Positions 39,184 to 52,445 of a DNA stretch of 64,000 nt are shown here, in pieces. The notes beneath the pieces are model-generated. The model saw only the letters and a list, made by a program, of their open reading frames with translations, was not told the origin of the DNA and did no database searches. Within the stretch, counting starts at the first letter, position 1. Each line of letters opens with the position of its first letter. The stretch covers positions 806,001 to 870,000 of the forward strand of contig NW_026929962.1 in NCBI RefSeq assembly GCF_032062105.1, given 5' to 3'. Position numbers and translations under genes: made by a program. This DNA is from Saccostrea cucullata. Its lineage: Eukaryota.

Positions 39184-39744
39184 AATGGACACATGTAGGC
39201 CCCTTAAAACTAGACCTTACGAAAGAAACTTGACAAAAGACCTTTATCTGTGTCTTTTAAATGTTTCAGCTAGTAAATAAACTTTTAAATAACACGTCAC
39301 TCGTCGCTCGACCATTGCATTTTAAACTTTATATAGATTCACTATTATGTTGAAAATCTCCGATTTTGAAATTACACTCCACTGAACAATACATACCGTG
39401 ATATAGCCTAAGACAGTCATGTCCCATCGTTGAAATGACAAGAAGAAGAACTTCTCAAGGCGTCAAAGATTCCAAAACGTCTAAACTTTGTGAAAAAAAA
39501 GCTTCATTTTTTAATTACTTAATTTTTTTTTAAACAAAGCTAAGGCTAATCTGTGCAAATAATTATAGGCATGTAGTCGGTAAAGCGTTCAACTCTTAGT
39601 TCAAGACAATATGAATTAATAAAAAGGTTTTAGATATGTTTTCTTCTATACTCTCGCACATCTTGGGTTGTATACAAATATCAACCAGTCACTGGCCAAA
39701 CGAGTCTAAAAAAGTTTTTAAAACAAAAATAATACATCATTCAA

Positions 39745-41216
39745 AGCACGAATTTTCAACAGTCTCGTTTAAAGTCATCATTTCGTAAGTTCTATTGTCA
39801 ATACAATGACCTTGTCAGCAAATACAATTTATCAAAGAGTCAAATGCTGACTGACGTTTTTCATACTACACCCATTCTCAATATAAGGGCACAAATGCCT
39901 CTCTGAATTTTTAAAAAATGAAGTTCAAGATAACAATTTTTCTATCAGTTACCTTTGAAAGAAAGTATCTGAAGATTTTGTTTCCAGATTTTTTTTCATC
40001 AAATTATAATACATGGAATAATGACAAGACGATAAAGTAGAGGGTGATTTTATTCAGAAATGTAGCTTGAAATGTACGTTACTCTTTTTTCAATGTCTAA
40101 AAAGATATGTCAAAAAAAGGTAGTCATTAAAATCACAATTGGAATATCTTATCTTAACACCAGAACATCCTACCAACTCTGTCAGGAACATATTTCCTCG
40201 GCATACGAACGTGCGTTTGATTTTTCCTTTCAAAAAACAAAGGTTACTTTTTGATCCCGATGTACAAAAACATTTTTTAAATATATGCTTTGAATTCTTC
40301 TCTCTGTTTTGTTTACAACGATCAGTTTGGAATCTTGTCATTTTTCTATAGATATTCGAACCTAACATGTACATGTAGTAAAATTCTATTTTGTAGTTAC
40401 TGTCTCTTTTAACATATATCCATGCCGATTTAGAAAACTACATGAATGTAACGTACATTTCAAGATATATTTCTGTTTAATAAAAAAATTAAAATTCATC
40501 TAAAAATTCATAGTTTTGTTTCAGTTTATTCCAAAAAAAGATTCTCTTTGTAATCACATTGCGTTATATGTCACAATCACCACTATAAAGACACGATTGC
40601 CTCAGAACTTGAGTAGGTAACGTACATTTCATGCTTGTTATAATATGTAAATTAGTAATAAGAAAATATTGAAAAAAATAGCAATTATTGACATAAAAAT
40701 CATTTCAATGAGGCGTTTTAAGGCAGTAATATAAGATATCGTAATGTAACAAACGAGGTTATTTGTCATCAACTACATGAATGTCACGTCACTTCGGTAA
40801 CGTTCATTTCATATATTATTGGGGAGTTCCATCCATCTCAGTTCATTACCATTCTTTTGTGCTGTTTCGCTGAAATTGACACCGGTCATAGCCTAGTTAC
40901 TTCTACCTTTGTGCAAGGGTACAGACAAAAAAAAAATATGAGTCATACGTATTTTGCTATGATTTAACAAATGCTCGTGTTTGGCCATTGAAACTAAACA
41001 TAAATATATTCCGAATATATCCACCGACAGTCTTGTTAACAATTTCATTTAATATGCTGCAACATCGTTTTTCAAAACACAAACAAACGTGCTTATCAGC
41101 AGATCTGGAAAAATATAACCCAAAAATGCAATGATTCAAACAAAACTGAGTATTGTGTGCCTTTCAGTTTTTGGAATGTAGGTGACTGTCTTGTGTTCTG
41201 GGTTTATTTGTTTTGT

Positions 41217-41247
<31 letters not shown>

Positions 41248-42895
41248 CCAATTATAAGCATATGCATACATTGTTTTAAATTATCAACAACAATTAAATT
41301 CATATTGACGAAAAGTCGCATTTTAAAAATTAAACAGACTGCAGAAAGGTTGCCAAAGATGAATGCAAGACTGTGACTTAGAAATAAATTTTCTAGCATG
41401 TGGTAACAGTCAAAAACATTTACGAGTATTGGGGGTGCATTTAGATGGATTTATGTGGCCAGTTGTCAAATGGATTGTAACGATAATTTTTTTTCGCTCG
41501 TGTAAACGCAATTCAATGACTAAATAAAAAAAATATCAGTTAGAAATACATAAAATGTACGTTACCATACGTAACGTACATTTCAAATCTAAAAATTAAT
41601 TCTCTTCCACAAGCGTACGTTAGACACGCAACATATTGATACTATTTGAACTTGCATATCAAAAGAAATGCATCATACAGGTTTCGTATTCAGAAATATA
41701 TACCAGGTATCAAAATTATATTACATATAATTGACCTTAATATATTTTTTTCCTCAGCAGTAACGTTTCTTTTCATTAATTTTGGGATTTAGCCGACCTC
41801 CAACCTTTGAAACTTTCCTTTGTGTACACATTCGAGTGTGTGAAAGTATGAGAATGCATGAAAATTCGTGCGAGATTCACTTAATTCGAATTTCATGGTA
41901 ACGTACATTTCAGTCACGTACATTTCAAATGATCACTTTTCATGTAAAAAATAATTTTTGATTGTGTTAAGCAAAACGTCTTTACCAGTTTACAGGATAA
42001 AAGGGGTTGCTTATTCAGAGTCGTCTCATATTTTCTACTTAATATATATTCTAAAAGGAAGAATATAGGTAACGTACATTTCTTTCTTATCTCTACGATT
42101 GAAAATGTCTTTCATTCCGTAAACATATTTATAAAAGTTGCTCAAATTGTTCAATTTCATGTTACATTATCTAAGTAGGAGTAATTAATCCTTTGAAATT
42201 TCAAATTTAGCCCATCAATAAATAAAGGAGAACAAAACTATCAGGTGTATAATCTTTGTGTTTGCTTGAAATGTGGTTGAAATAGAATTAAGCGACAGGG
42301 ACATTACACAATAAAAATTATTTATTATCACAAAGAAAATGTATTTATTGTTATGAAAAGAAATATATATGATACAAGGTTTAACTTATCAGAAAATTTT
42401 TACTTGAGAATCAAAATTATATATTACACAGAGGGGATTCAGAGTAATATTTGCCTCGGCGACAGTAACGTACATTTCAAATAGGCTACTATATTTGAAT
42501 TTGGAACTCCTTAAATACCCTTTCAGATCGATAATTATATGAATTCTTATTCATTGTTATATGACTATTTATAATGTTGATTTAAAAATTACATCAGTGG
42601 TATTTCTTTTAAATGAAAATGAGGCGACATTATTTGAGCCCTTATATTGAGAATGGGTGACTAATTCTTAGTCCATTATTTGTACACTGAATTGACAATG
42701 GATTTTTCCGTTATTTCCCGATCATGACAGTGAGCACACGGCGAGTGTGACTGTTGGGCAGGGGATGCTCACTCCTCAATGGCACCTGGTCCCACCTCTG
42801 ATGTTTTGGAGGTCCGTGTTTGCTCTGCTCCTATTTTGTATTGTTTTATGGACTTTTGATCTGGAATACTGTTCGTTATCTCCATATGTTTCATC
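39745..42895 (+). mobile_element. Penelope-like 3' fragment split by the 39869-42659 transposon
   Basis: Sequence up to ..tttcatacta resumes at 42660 actaattcttagtccattatttg.., colinear with the 25415-26000 copy. Confidence 0.85.
39869..42659. mobile_element. 2.8-kb non-autonomous DNA transposon, Chapaev/CMC-like
   Basis: TIRs cacccattctcaatataagggc / gcccttatattgagaatgggtg; 4-bp duplication acta; CAC termini; no long ORF. Confidence 0.82.
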
Positions 42896-43329
42896 TTTAT
42901 AAAGCTTCTTCTCACTTTTGTTGTTTTTGTATCAAACATTTAATCGAACCTCCCGGGTGAGGAATTCACAAACCACATCATAAGTTTATTGCTCATGATA
43001 TCCAAAACACATTTTAAAAAGCAAAACATTTATCTAAAATAAGTTAGATTCAAACGATTCAAAGAGTCCATAGGAGTAGCATTTGCAGAGCGTTTTGTAA
43101 TTCTATATGAAAATGAGGGATGTAAGAGAAGAAAAATAGGTTTCGTACGTGCAATACGAAACATCAGGGCGCTGAAAATAACTTTTTATAACTTTGAAGA
43201 TTTTCCGCAATATTATGAAAAATATATATATTTATTGTATAAAAAGAAAACATGTACATTTCTTTTTGACAAATCAAAAAGAAATTACAGCTCTGAATAT
43301 AACAACAATTATTGATGAAATATTTCATA

Positions 43330-43900
43330 TATAATATGCCATTCTCCACAAGATATTAAAGTCTCGGCTTTTTATATCATTGACAGCTGCTTTTTCAATG
43401 GAAATGGAACTCCTAAATTTACTTACCTTGCCACTGATCATTTGCAAAATGACATTGTTAAAAATGCATTTTGATTGTATTCCCATAGGTACCAATTGCG
43501 TCCAGTTATTAGCAGACATAATTTTCTATTCATATGAAGCAGAATTTGTTCGAAATCTTATACTTGAAATGAAAAAAATATGGAGATAACGAACAGTATT
43601 CAAGCTCAAAAGTCCAGAAAACAATACGATATCGGAGCAGAGCAAACACAGACCTCCAAAACATCAGAGGTGGGATCAGGTGTCATGGAGGAGTGCCCTG
43701 CTGACCGGTCACACCCGCCATGTGCACCTCATCATGACGAGGAGAAGACTGCAATTCTGACCAGTCAGCAGGGGATGCTCACTACTCCATGGCACCAGAT
43801 CCCATATTTATTGTTTAAGAGGCTTTTGTTTGCTCTGCTCCAGAAATTGTATCATTTAATGGATTTTTGAGCTTAATACTGTTCGTTGCCTCAATATATT
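43330..43900. mobile_element. Rearranged Penelope-like copy: RT fragment plus two inverted 3' ends
   Basis: Plus-strand IPIGTNCVQLLADIIFYSYEAEFV (RT motif B'), then the 3' sequence on minus (43580-43740) and again on plus (43740-43890). Confidence 0.78.
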
Positions 43901-44774
43901 GCATACACTAGGTTTTGATGCTTTATTTTTTTAAAAATTAAATTATATCTTTCTTTTGTTCTATAAATTAAGTGTTTTCTTTCTAAAGTATAACTTTAAC
44001 ACATGTCTGTATTGTTGGTAAAATGATATGAACAATGAATTATAATGAAAATCACACATAGATTGTGTATTTCCTAGCCCCGTGTCTCTCAAGAAGACAT
44101 TAAAAAATAATCATGATTACCCCTACACAATAATTGAAGTGTGAATGTTTTTTTGCAATGAATTACGTAAGTAACATAACTGAAAAAGAACTCAAAATAG
44201 GGCTTTTAGAAGAGTATAGCCGCTCCTTCGATGCCCGCATATAAATTCAGTTCTGTGTTCTGTATAAAAACGAGAATATGAGGAGAATTATTCCATTCCT
44301 CGGTGTATGGCAATAGTATTACCACATAACCTATCTTTATCGTCTGTTTCAGAGGAGGACTTAATTGTCTTGGTAATAAGTATCAGGAACAAAACACGCC
44401 CGGGCGGGGCTTGTCATCAGCCCTTGTCCCGGGCGAAACTAAACGATTCGGGTGGATTGATCGACGGAAGCGTTTTGATGATGACATTTGAAAAAATTAG
44501 CTGATCAAATATGAAGACAGGTGGCAGAAGTTTATCTGAAACTTCTGATGTAAGATAGCTAGACACGGAATTTGCAACAGATTTCTCTGCTTATGTGTTT
44601 TTCATATGGTCACATTTGTTGCTTTTGTATCAAGATATCGAAGATATTATTGTACTAAAGAAACAGAAGGAATCCAGAAAAAGAGATCGATATATGGGAG
44701 ACAAATATCAAATTTGCCAACCGAAACCTGTCCTTCAGAAAATCACTGTTGTAGTTTAACCTTTTCAGTCCTAA

Positions 44775-45070
44775 AGGCGGCAGCAAAGGAGTACAACATT
44801 AAGGAAACAAAGAATACCAGTTGGGCAATAAAAGAGTACAACAAGCAGGCAATAAAACAGTACAAGATCGAGGCAACAAAAAGTTCAACAGCCTGGCAAA
44901 CAAGGAGTACATCATTCTGGCAACAAAAGAGAACAACAAGCTGGCAAAAAAAAATACAAAATCGGGGCAACAAAAGAGCACAGCAGACAGGCAATGAAAG
45001 AGTGCAACAGACATTTAAAGAGAACGAAATTGAGGCAACAAAAGAGAACAGCAGACAGGCAAAACAAACA
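44775..45070 (+). repeat. Degenerate A-rich minisatellite of about 21-24 bp
   Basis: About 12 variants of ggcaacaaaagagtacaacaagca. Confidence 0.75.
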
Positions 45071-46234
45071 GCAGAGGGTTTGAGTGATCCAAGGTGAGAA
45101 ATAACTTTACGGAAAATCATAGATATAAAAGAATCAGAACACACTGTCATAGGATGATCAAGGAACAAAGTTAAACCACTGAAAATCAGAGGAATTGATT
45201 TTAAATAATTCTGTTGAAGCCCTTCATTGAACAGCGGATTTTTACTAACAAAATGTTATATTTTTGTATTCATGTACTGTGTATTTTTTTCTTTGTTGTT
45301 TCTTTTTGAGTATTTTTAAGCATATTTGTAACATAGATGCCAATTCTCTCTCTCTCTCTCTCTCTCTCGAAACTAATATCAAGGGATTTTCGTTTGTTTT
45401 TCTTTTGGTGGGAGAATGAAAAAGGTTTAAAACTAATTTAACCTGGTAGTCTTGCTTGAAACCCCATACCATACTACTCTTCTGCAACTAAGAGAGTTTA
45501 AAAATTAAGCTATAATGACCAGGGAAAGTCTTTGAAAACTCATAAAAACCGCCATCAGAAAACTGAGAAGATACAAATCAAGAACACATGGAAAAGTTGG
45601 CTTTGAAACAAATACAACTTTGAAATTCAGCTGGTATTGTGTGTAAATGGATTTTCATTTCAGTTTTATTAGCAATCATAACCATGTGCTTTCAGTATGT
45701 ACATGTATCTTATCGTATCTTTAATTTTGTGGTTGCTTTGTTTTGATCTATTCTTGTTTGCAGTTTAGCTATTTTATTTTTTTTTTTATTTATCTAGTAT
45801 TATTTAGTTTTGTTTTTTGTTCACTTGAGCGTTTCTTGGTCTGGTTATTCAATAAAAGAGAAAAAAGTTAATTATTTTTACAGCAACCTTTTTAAAGCTG
45901 TTAATTCTCATTAGTAGGATCATATCTTATTTCATGAAACCGAAAATACAAAGTTAAAGGGATGAAATGACGTATTTATGTAATATTATCTTTGTATTTG
46001 TAAAAAAAAAAATAAATAATGAAATCATTCAAACAAAGAGTTTCCTCTATATGTCCATAGAAAGTATATTAATTATGGAAATAACCTTTGCTATGTATAC
46101 AATACATGTATTTCTTTTTAATATAAAAATAATTCATTTGACAATTCAGATAAAAGAAATGTTAGAATTTTTAATTTTAAGTAAAATACTTTAATTTACT
46201 TAACTTGACCTATATTCCTTGACTTCTGTGGATG

Positions 46235-46620
46235 TAATAAGTGCACATTTTAAGACGTTTCCACACTTTCATTCATCTGCTCCCTGAGGTTCAACCAGAC
46301 TCAATCCTGTCCATTCCAGTACGTGTATGTTATCTTCCCACCTCTTCTCTCTTCGTCGGCTCCGTTCTCCTTCAATTGTCCCTCGGAAGATTGTCCTTGC
46401 AAGGCTTCTTTGAGCGAGAAGTGTGTATTTTCCACTTCTTGAAAACAGTGAGGAGGTCATCGTTGGGTCCTATAAATATCGCTTCCAAAACTTTTCTGCG
46501 GACCTCTTCGTTGGTCATATGGTCTGTGTAGCAGATGTCTTGTATCTGACTGCAGCGTCCTATCTCGGTGCTCACCATCCTCTTTCTTACTCTGTGGTAA
46601 ATGCCCAGGTTTCACAGGGG
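46235..46620 (-). mobile_element. RTE-clade LINE 3' fragment, degenerate
   Basis: ETWAFTT..ERR, YTDHMTNEEVRRK, LARTIFRGTIEGERSRRR.KRWEDNI..EWTG, typical of the RTE C-terminus; frameshifted. Confidence 0.8.
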
Positions 46621-47235
46621 TGTTGGGTCTTTCTTCTAAAATTAAATATAACCACTTTTTAAGAAAATCAAATTGCTGTAATGTTTTAGTTTTTACATGT
46701 TAACATTTTTTGTTATAAATAAAAGCGGAATAGAATTTTTGTTTGAAAGACCCCAACCACGGAGTCTGATTAGAGTCCTAATCTTGAAGCCTACTTGGTA
46801 TCATAGTTATGGTACCTAACCGACGCCATAAATGTATTCCAGGTGTCTTGTCACCTAACAATGCTGTGGTGGCCCTAATACTTAGAGCGTTATGTCCAAG
46901 GTACACCGGTGCCCTTACTATAGAGCCTTACTCTCTAACAGGTGTCTAAACCATGGAGGCTAATACCGTAACAGGTGCCCTAATACTTTGAGCTTAACGC
47001 CTTGACAGGTACTCTAATGGCATTAGATGTAAAACAGGGTATATATGGAGACAGATACTGAACAAATATAGCTTTTACTTGATATATAAAGTGTGACTGA
47101 ACAAGCTCTGACGTTGCTTATAAAGAGCTTAAAGGCATGATCAACAATATTTTGTGACGCAGGGAATTCGAAGTTGCGAATAATCACTCATTAAGGATCG
47201 ATTCCTTGAGCGAACAAAGTAACAAAATACTGATT

Positions 47236-47600
47236 TGACCCCCGCCTTCGCGAAAGCGAATGGACATTCAATATCATTAGTCTGTCAATCTGTCATAAAA
47301 ACTTTAACCTTCGCCATAACTTATGACTAAATTGAGAAAGCGCTTTCATATTTTACATATATCACAATGATTACCTTTTCCAAATATACCATTATTTTTG
47401 ACCATGTGACCTTGACCTTAAAGAATGGCATACTTTTCAAAAATTTTAACATTTCTTTAATTCGGTCACAGCTTTCGAAAGAGAAAAGATAGGAATTACT
47501 TATCAAACATGTATATTACCTATGATAATATTTTTCTAAATACATGTATATCAAAGCTTTTGACTGTGACCTTGACCCTAGAGTTAAAATGTTATTTTTC
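47236..47600 (-). mobile_element. Helentron-type element 3' end
   Basis: Hairpin cgccttcgcgaaagcg, ctgtc repeats, aaaaactttaacctt and tgaccttgacc; reverse complement of the neighbouring copies. Confidence 0.7.
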
Positions 47601-47720
47601 CTTATAAATTTTGAAGACAAAGGGCTTTCATATCTGACATCTGCATTACTTGTGTCAAAATGTTTTCGAGCATGCTATGAATTTTACCCCCTAGACTACA
47701 CGTACATGCTAAAATTAATT

Positions 47721-48131
47721 AAACAAGCAAATTCAAAGAATTGTGGTCCCTCGCTTTCGGTGTCTTTTTGGGTGAGATGTCTTTTTTTTATGGCATTTTG
47801 TGCCTAATATGAACTCCCTATCATAAGTCATCTATATAGAAATTATCACTGAACTCCAAGGTCAAGGTCAAAGGGTTAACGTTCTTGGTATCCAATGAAG
47901 TCTTTTCAAAAGGATAACATATGTTAAGTATGAAAGTCATAGCCCTTACCATTCAAAAGTTATGGTCAAGGTTAAAGTTTTCTCGTAAGTACAAAAAATC
48001 ACCAAGGTCAAGGTCTAAAGGTCAAGGTTGTTGGTATCAAATGAAAGGTCTTGCCACAAAGAATACATATGTGAAATATGAAAGTCCTGGTATCTACTGT
48101 TCAAAAGTTGTGGCCAAGGTCAACGTTTTTG

Positions 48132-48162
<31 letters not shown>

Positions 48163-48625
48163 AAGGGGCAAAGTTCTTGGAATTCAATAAAAGGTCTTCT
48201 CACAAGAATTATATATATGAAGTATGAAAGTCCTAGCCCTTACCATTCAAAAGTTATGGTCAAGGTTAAAGTTTTTTCAAAAGTATGGAAATCTCAAAGG
48301 TCAAGGTCAAAAGGTCAAAGTTGTTGGTATCCAATAAAAGGTCTTTCTACAAAGAATACATATGTGAAATATGAAAGTCCTTGTACCTACCATTCAGAAG
48401 TTATGACCAAAGTAAAAGTTTGAATTTTTTGTGCAAAAGTGGGACAAACTCCAAGGTCAAGGTCGAAAGGTCAAATTTGGTGGTACCCAAAGAAAGGTCT
48501 TGTCACAAGGAATGCACATATGAAATATGAAAGTCATAGCTCCTCTGAATCAAAAGTTATGGGCAAGGTTAAAGTTTTTGTGACGGACGGACAGACTGAC
48601 AGACTGACAGACAGACGGAGAGACG
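47721..48625 (+). mobile_element. Helentron-type non-autonomous element with five ~146-bp tandem units
   Basis: Head aaacaagcaaattcaaagaattgtggtccc; caaggtcaaggtc at about 47857, 48003, 48149, 48295, 48452; gacggacagact tail. Confidence 0.85.
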
Positions 48626-48902
48626 GAGCGCGAAGCGGTTTATAAAAAAGCGTAAACCGCCCCAAGTTTTGTTATATCGTATAATATAAGTTGAAATAAG
48701 CTTCATGCATTCCTTATAATTTAATTTCAGTGCAGACAATGAGACAATTTTCCCTTAGAATAAGGATTTACATTAATTAAATTTTAAGAGTAACGTCAAG
48801 CGGAGTAATACGTTTTTTGACGTAACTCATTGTGACGTAGGCAAGTTATGCTATACAAAATGGATAAAATCTTTTATCCAATCAAATGACGTGTTACAAG
48901 TG

Positions 48903-50188
48903 AAACAAGCAAATTCAAAGAATTGTGGTCCCCCGCTTTCGGAGTCTTTGTTGGTGGGATGTTATTTTCTATGACATATTGTGTCTAATGTGAACATCCT
49001 ATCATATGTCAATTCTTAGAAATTATCATTGAAGTTGATTTTTTTGAAGGAAGAAAACCCTTATCCTGACCGTTAAAAAGTTATGGCCAAAGTTAACGTT
49101 TTTCATGAGTAGGTCAACTCCATTGTCAAGATCAAAGGGTCAAAGTTGTTGATGAAAGGTTTTTTTTCACAAGGATTACATATATGTGAAGTATGAAAGC
49201 CCTAGCCCTTACCGTTCAAAAGTTGTGGTCAAGTTTTTACATAAGAATGTAAATCTTTAAGGTCAAGGTCAAAAGGTCAAAGTTGTTGATATCCAATGAA
49301 AAGACTTGTCACAAAGAATACATATGTGAAATATAAAAGTCCTAGTATCTACCGTTCAAAAGTTGTGACCAAAGTTAAAGTTTTTTTTTAAAGTAGTTAA
49401 AACTCCAATGTCAAGGTCAAAGGGTAAAAGTTGTTGGTATCCAATGAAAGGTCTTCTCAAAAAGATTACATATGTGAAGTACAAAAGCCCTAGCACTCAC
49501 CGTTCAACAGTTATGGTGAAGGTTAAGTTTTTTCATAAGTATGTAAATCTCCAAGGTCAAGGTCAAAAGGTCAAGGTTGTTGGTATCCAATGAAATGTCT
49601 TGCAACAAGGAATACACATGTGAAATATAAAAGTCCTAGTATCTACTGTTTAAAAGTTGTGACCAAGGTTAAAGTTTTTAAAAAGTAGCTAAAACTCCAA
49701 GGTCAAGGTCAAAGGGTTAAAGTTCTTGGTATCCAATAAAATGTCTTCTCACAAGGATTACATATGTGAAGTACAAAAGCCTTAGTTCTTACCGTTCAAA
49801 ACTTATGGTCAAGGTTAACGTTTTTTCTTAAGTACATAAATCTCCAAGGTCAAGGTCAAAAGGTCAAGGTTGTTGGTATCCAATGATAGGTCTTGCCACA
49901 AACTATACATAGGTGAAATATGAAAGTCCTAGTACCTTCCATTCAAAAGTTGTGGCCAAAGTAAAAGTTTGAAATTTCTGTGTAAAAGTGGGTCAAACTC
50001 CAAGGTCAAACTTGGTTGTACCCAAAGAAAGGTCTTGTCACAAGAAATACACATGTGAAATATGAAAGTCATAGCTCTACTAAATCAAAAGTTATGGGCA
50101 AGGTTAAAGTTTTTGTGACGGACAGACTGACAGACGGACAGACGAATGAGATTTAATGTCCCCTCGCTTTCGCGAAAGCGGGGGACAA
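48903..50188 (+). mobile_element. Helentron-type non-autonomous element with seven ~146-bp tandem units
   Basis: Same head; tandem units; gacggacagac microsatellite; 3' hairpin tcccctcgctttcgcgaaagcggggga. Confidence 0.88.
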
Positions 50189-50710
50189 TTACTGATTATT
50201 TTAAATTGGTCATAACTTTTAAGAGAGAAAGGTGGTGCTTTCATCAGGGGCCTATATATACTAACATGTTAATACATATATATATATAGGTCCCTGCTTT
50301 CATATTACACTAATGACTTGTAAGTTACCAGTGTGAAAAAACCTTAAGTTTTTAATTATACGATGACTTTTTACACTGTTACCTTTCACTTTGAATTTAT
50401 TCTACTTTTGAAAAAATGTGTATCTTTCCTTATAACTTTTGATTGAGGGGTTGTGACAAGATGTTATAGAGCATGCTATAGTGATTTTGATCCCTTCATG
50501 TTTGACCCAATTTTCAAAAATTTAACTTTGATGATATGGTTTTCCAGAATATTTGGACACTGAAAGCGGAGGATCACAATTCTTCACAGCTTAACGAAAA
50601 ACGAATGACACCCCCACCCCCAAAAAACCCAGTACATTTCCCATCGGGCACGGCATACCATTTATATCTTTTTCCGGTGTAAACAAAATTGTAACACTAC
50701 ACTAATCACA

Positions 50711-52445
50711 ATGCATTTTCTGCCTCATGTAAGATGGAATTTCGTGATGTTCACAGTGATTTCGTGTTTTATACTTCACTATGAAAATTCAGCAGCCAGT
50801 AATCTGAAATGTGAAGACCTGCTGATGGGACAGTACTACTGTAAAGAACCACTTATAGATGCGGAAACCCAGGTACTGTAGGCGTGTAGCGTTTCCCGAA
50901 CACTGCTGAAGTCAAGAATTACAATCTATCGTCTCTATCGATAAAAAAAATATTTATTGAAATTTTATGTTCACATTCTATCCAAATGCTACTAAATAAC
51001 TTTTGATGCACTATAGTTTACATTTAGGTTTTTACAGTCGTTCGCTATGCTTTGAACCTTACATTTGTACAGTTGTACATGTAACATACTTGTGGGAACT
51101 GCTTACCATGCTTCCTTAATCATACATAAACATAGGCTGATTTCTGATTTAAGACTTAATTAGCTATATAGTTGAATTTAGTGATTTTCATGCACCTGTC
51201 AATATGTAGGACTATTACATAGGTAATTGTACTTCAGACTGTACTTGAATGGTTGAATAGATGTGTTTCAAATATATATTTATATAATATGTTGATGGTG
51301 CGACCGATAGGGCGAGCGCAGATACTTATCCAGTTTTCATTTAGATTGTGCTTGTCAAACCGCACAACATTCGGTGCGTCTCAGACTCTGACGACACATG
51401 ACGTCGTATGCAAGTTGCTTTACCAAACCAAAGCCTGAACAGGGCTGATTTTAATGAAGAACTGTTTTGTTGACTATTTTCCTGCAACAAATTCATGAAA
51501 TCAAGGCAAGTTTATTATTCCTTTAACTTTTGTTCTTATTCTCACGAGAACATTGCTTTAGCTATTGTGTATGAAGCGATGCATTGTGGGTTCAAATTAC
51601 TGCGGAAAAAAATATACCGAATGAATGTGCAGTGCCCAAATTTTGTCTTCACCCAGGTGTTGCTTTAAGAGCTCGCAGTGATGAGCGTCACTTTGATTTA
51701 CACTACTTTTCTACTGCGCTCGCTATTAAACATGAAGTTGTGTAAACACATAAAAGTAAACATTTTAAATAATACAGTTTGATCATGGTGTAGCGGACAG
51801 TATATAGGGAAGTTATACTTCCTTGCTAGTGAGCTAGCTTTCTAGTTATGCGGTAGAGTCTCCCTCTATTTCTGGCAAGTTAAGCATCAGTGAGTCTGTT
51901 CAACCCCTGGTTGGGATGATGTTACAATAAATGTACCTTTTTTTTTTTCAAAATTATCATTTCATGTATTCTAAAGATTAATAGCTTCTTCTTTGGTTTT
52001 AAATCAGGCAGAGGTTAACTGTGAATCAAAGACAAAAACTACACCTACAGAATGCATCATAGCCGAAGGCATCAAATGTATTCCACAGCATTCAGAAACT
52101 CCTTACACCTTCAATGGAACTGAAGTTGGTTTTTACAGACATGTGCCGTGCAGATGGACTAATGGATATAACTTTGAGACTGCTTTGCTTCTGTCTGTAT
52201 TCCTAGGGATGTTTGGTGTAGACAGATTTTATCTTGGATACCCTGCAATTGGACTTCTGAAATTTTCTACTTTAGGCTTCTTTTTCCTAGGACAATTGAT
52301 TGATATATTGCTGATAGCTCTGCAGGTGGTGAAACCCTCAGATGGATCTGAATACATCATGAACTACTTTGGTGTTGGATTGACTCGGATTCAGACAAAT
52401 AATGATACTTACATCAAACCAGATGAATCCTGGAATATATCATAA
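50711..52445 (+). CDS. TM2D1: TM2 domain-containing protein 1 (BBP-like); exons 50711-50872, 52008-52445
   Basis: Signal peptide, CEDLLMGQYYCKEPLID..TQ/AEVNC..FNGTEVGF..C..NGYNF..ALLLSVFLGMFGVDRFYLGYPAIGLLKF..DILLIALQVVKPSDGS; colinear with TM2D1; GT-AG phase-0 intron. Confidence 0.92.

Noticed and set aside
46800-47030. Degenerate ggtgccctaatac..gagc repeats
   Set aside because: Too decayed to define boundaries or a family.
47921-49593. Short ORFs with repeated PRSRSKGQ..WYP..MKYES
   Set aside because: Translations of satellite monomers inside Helentron-type elements.
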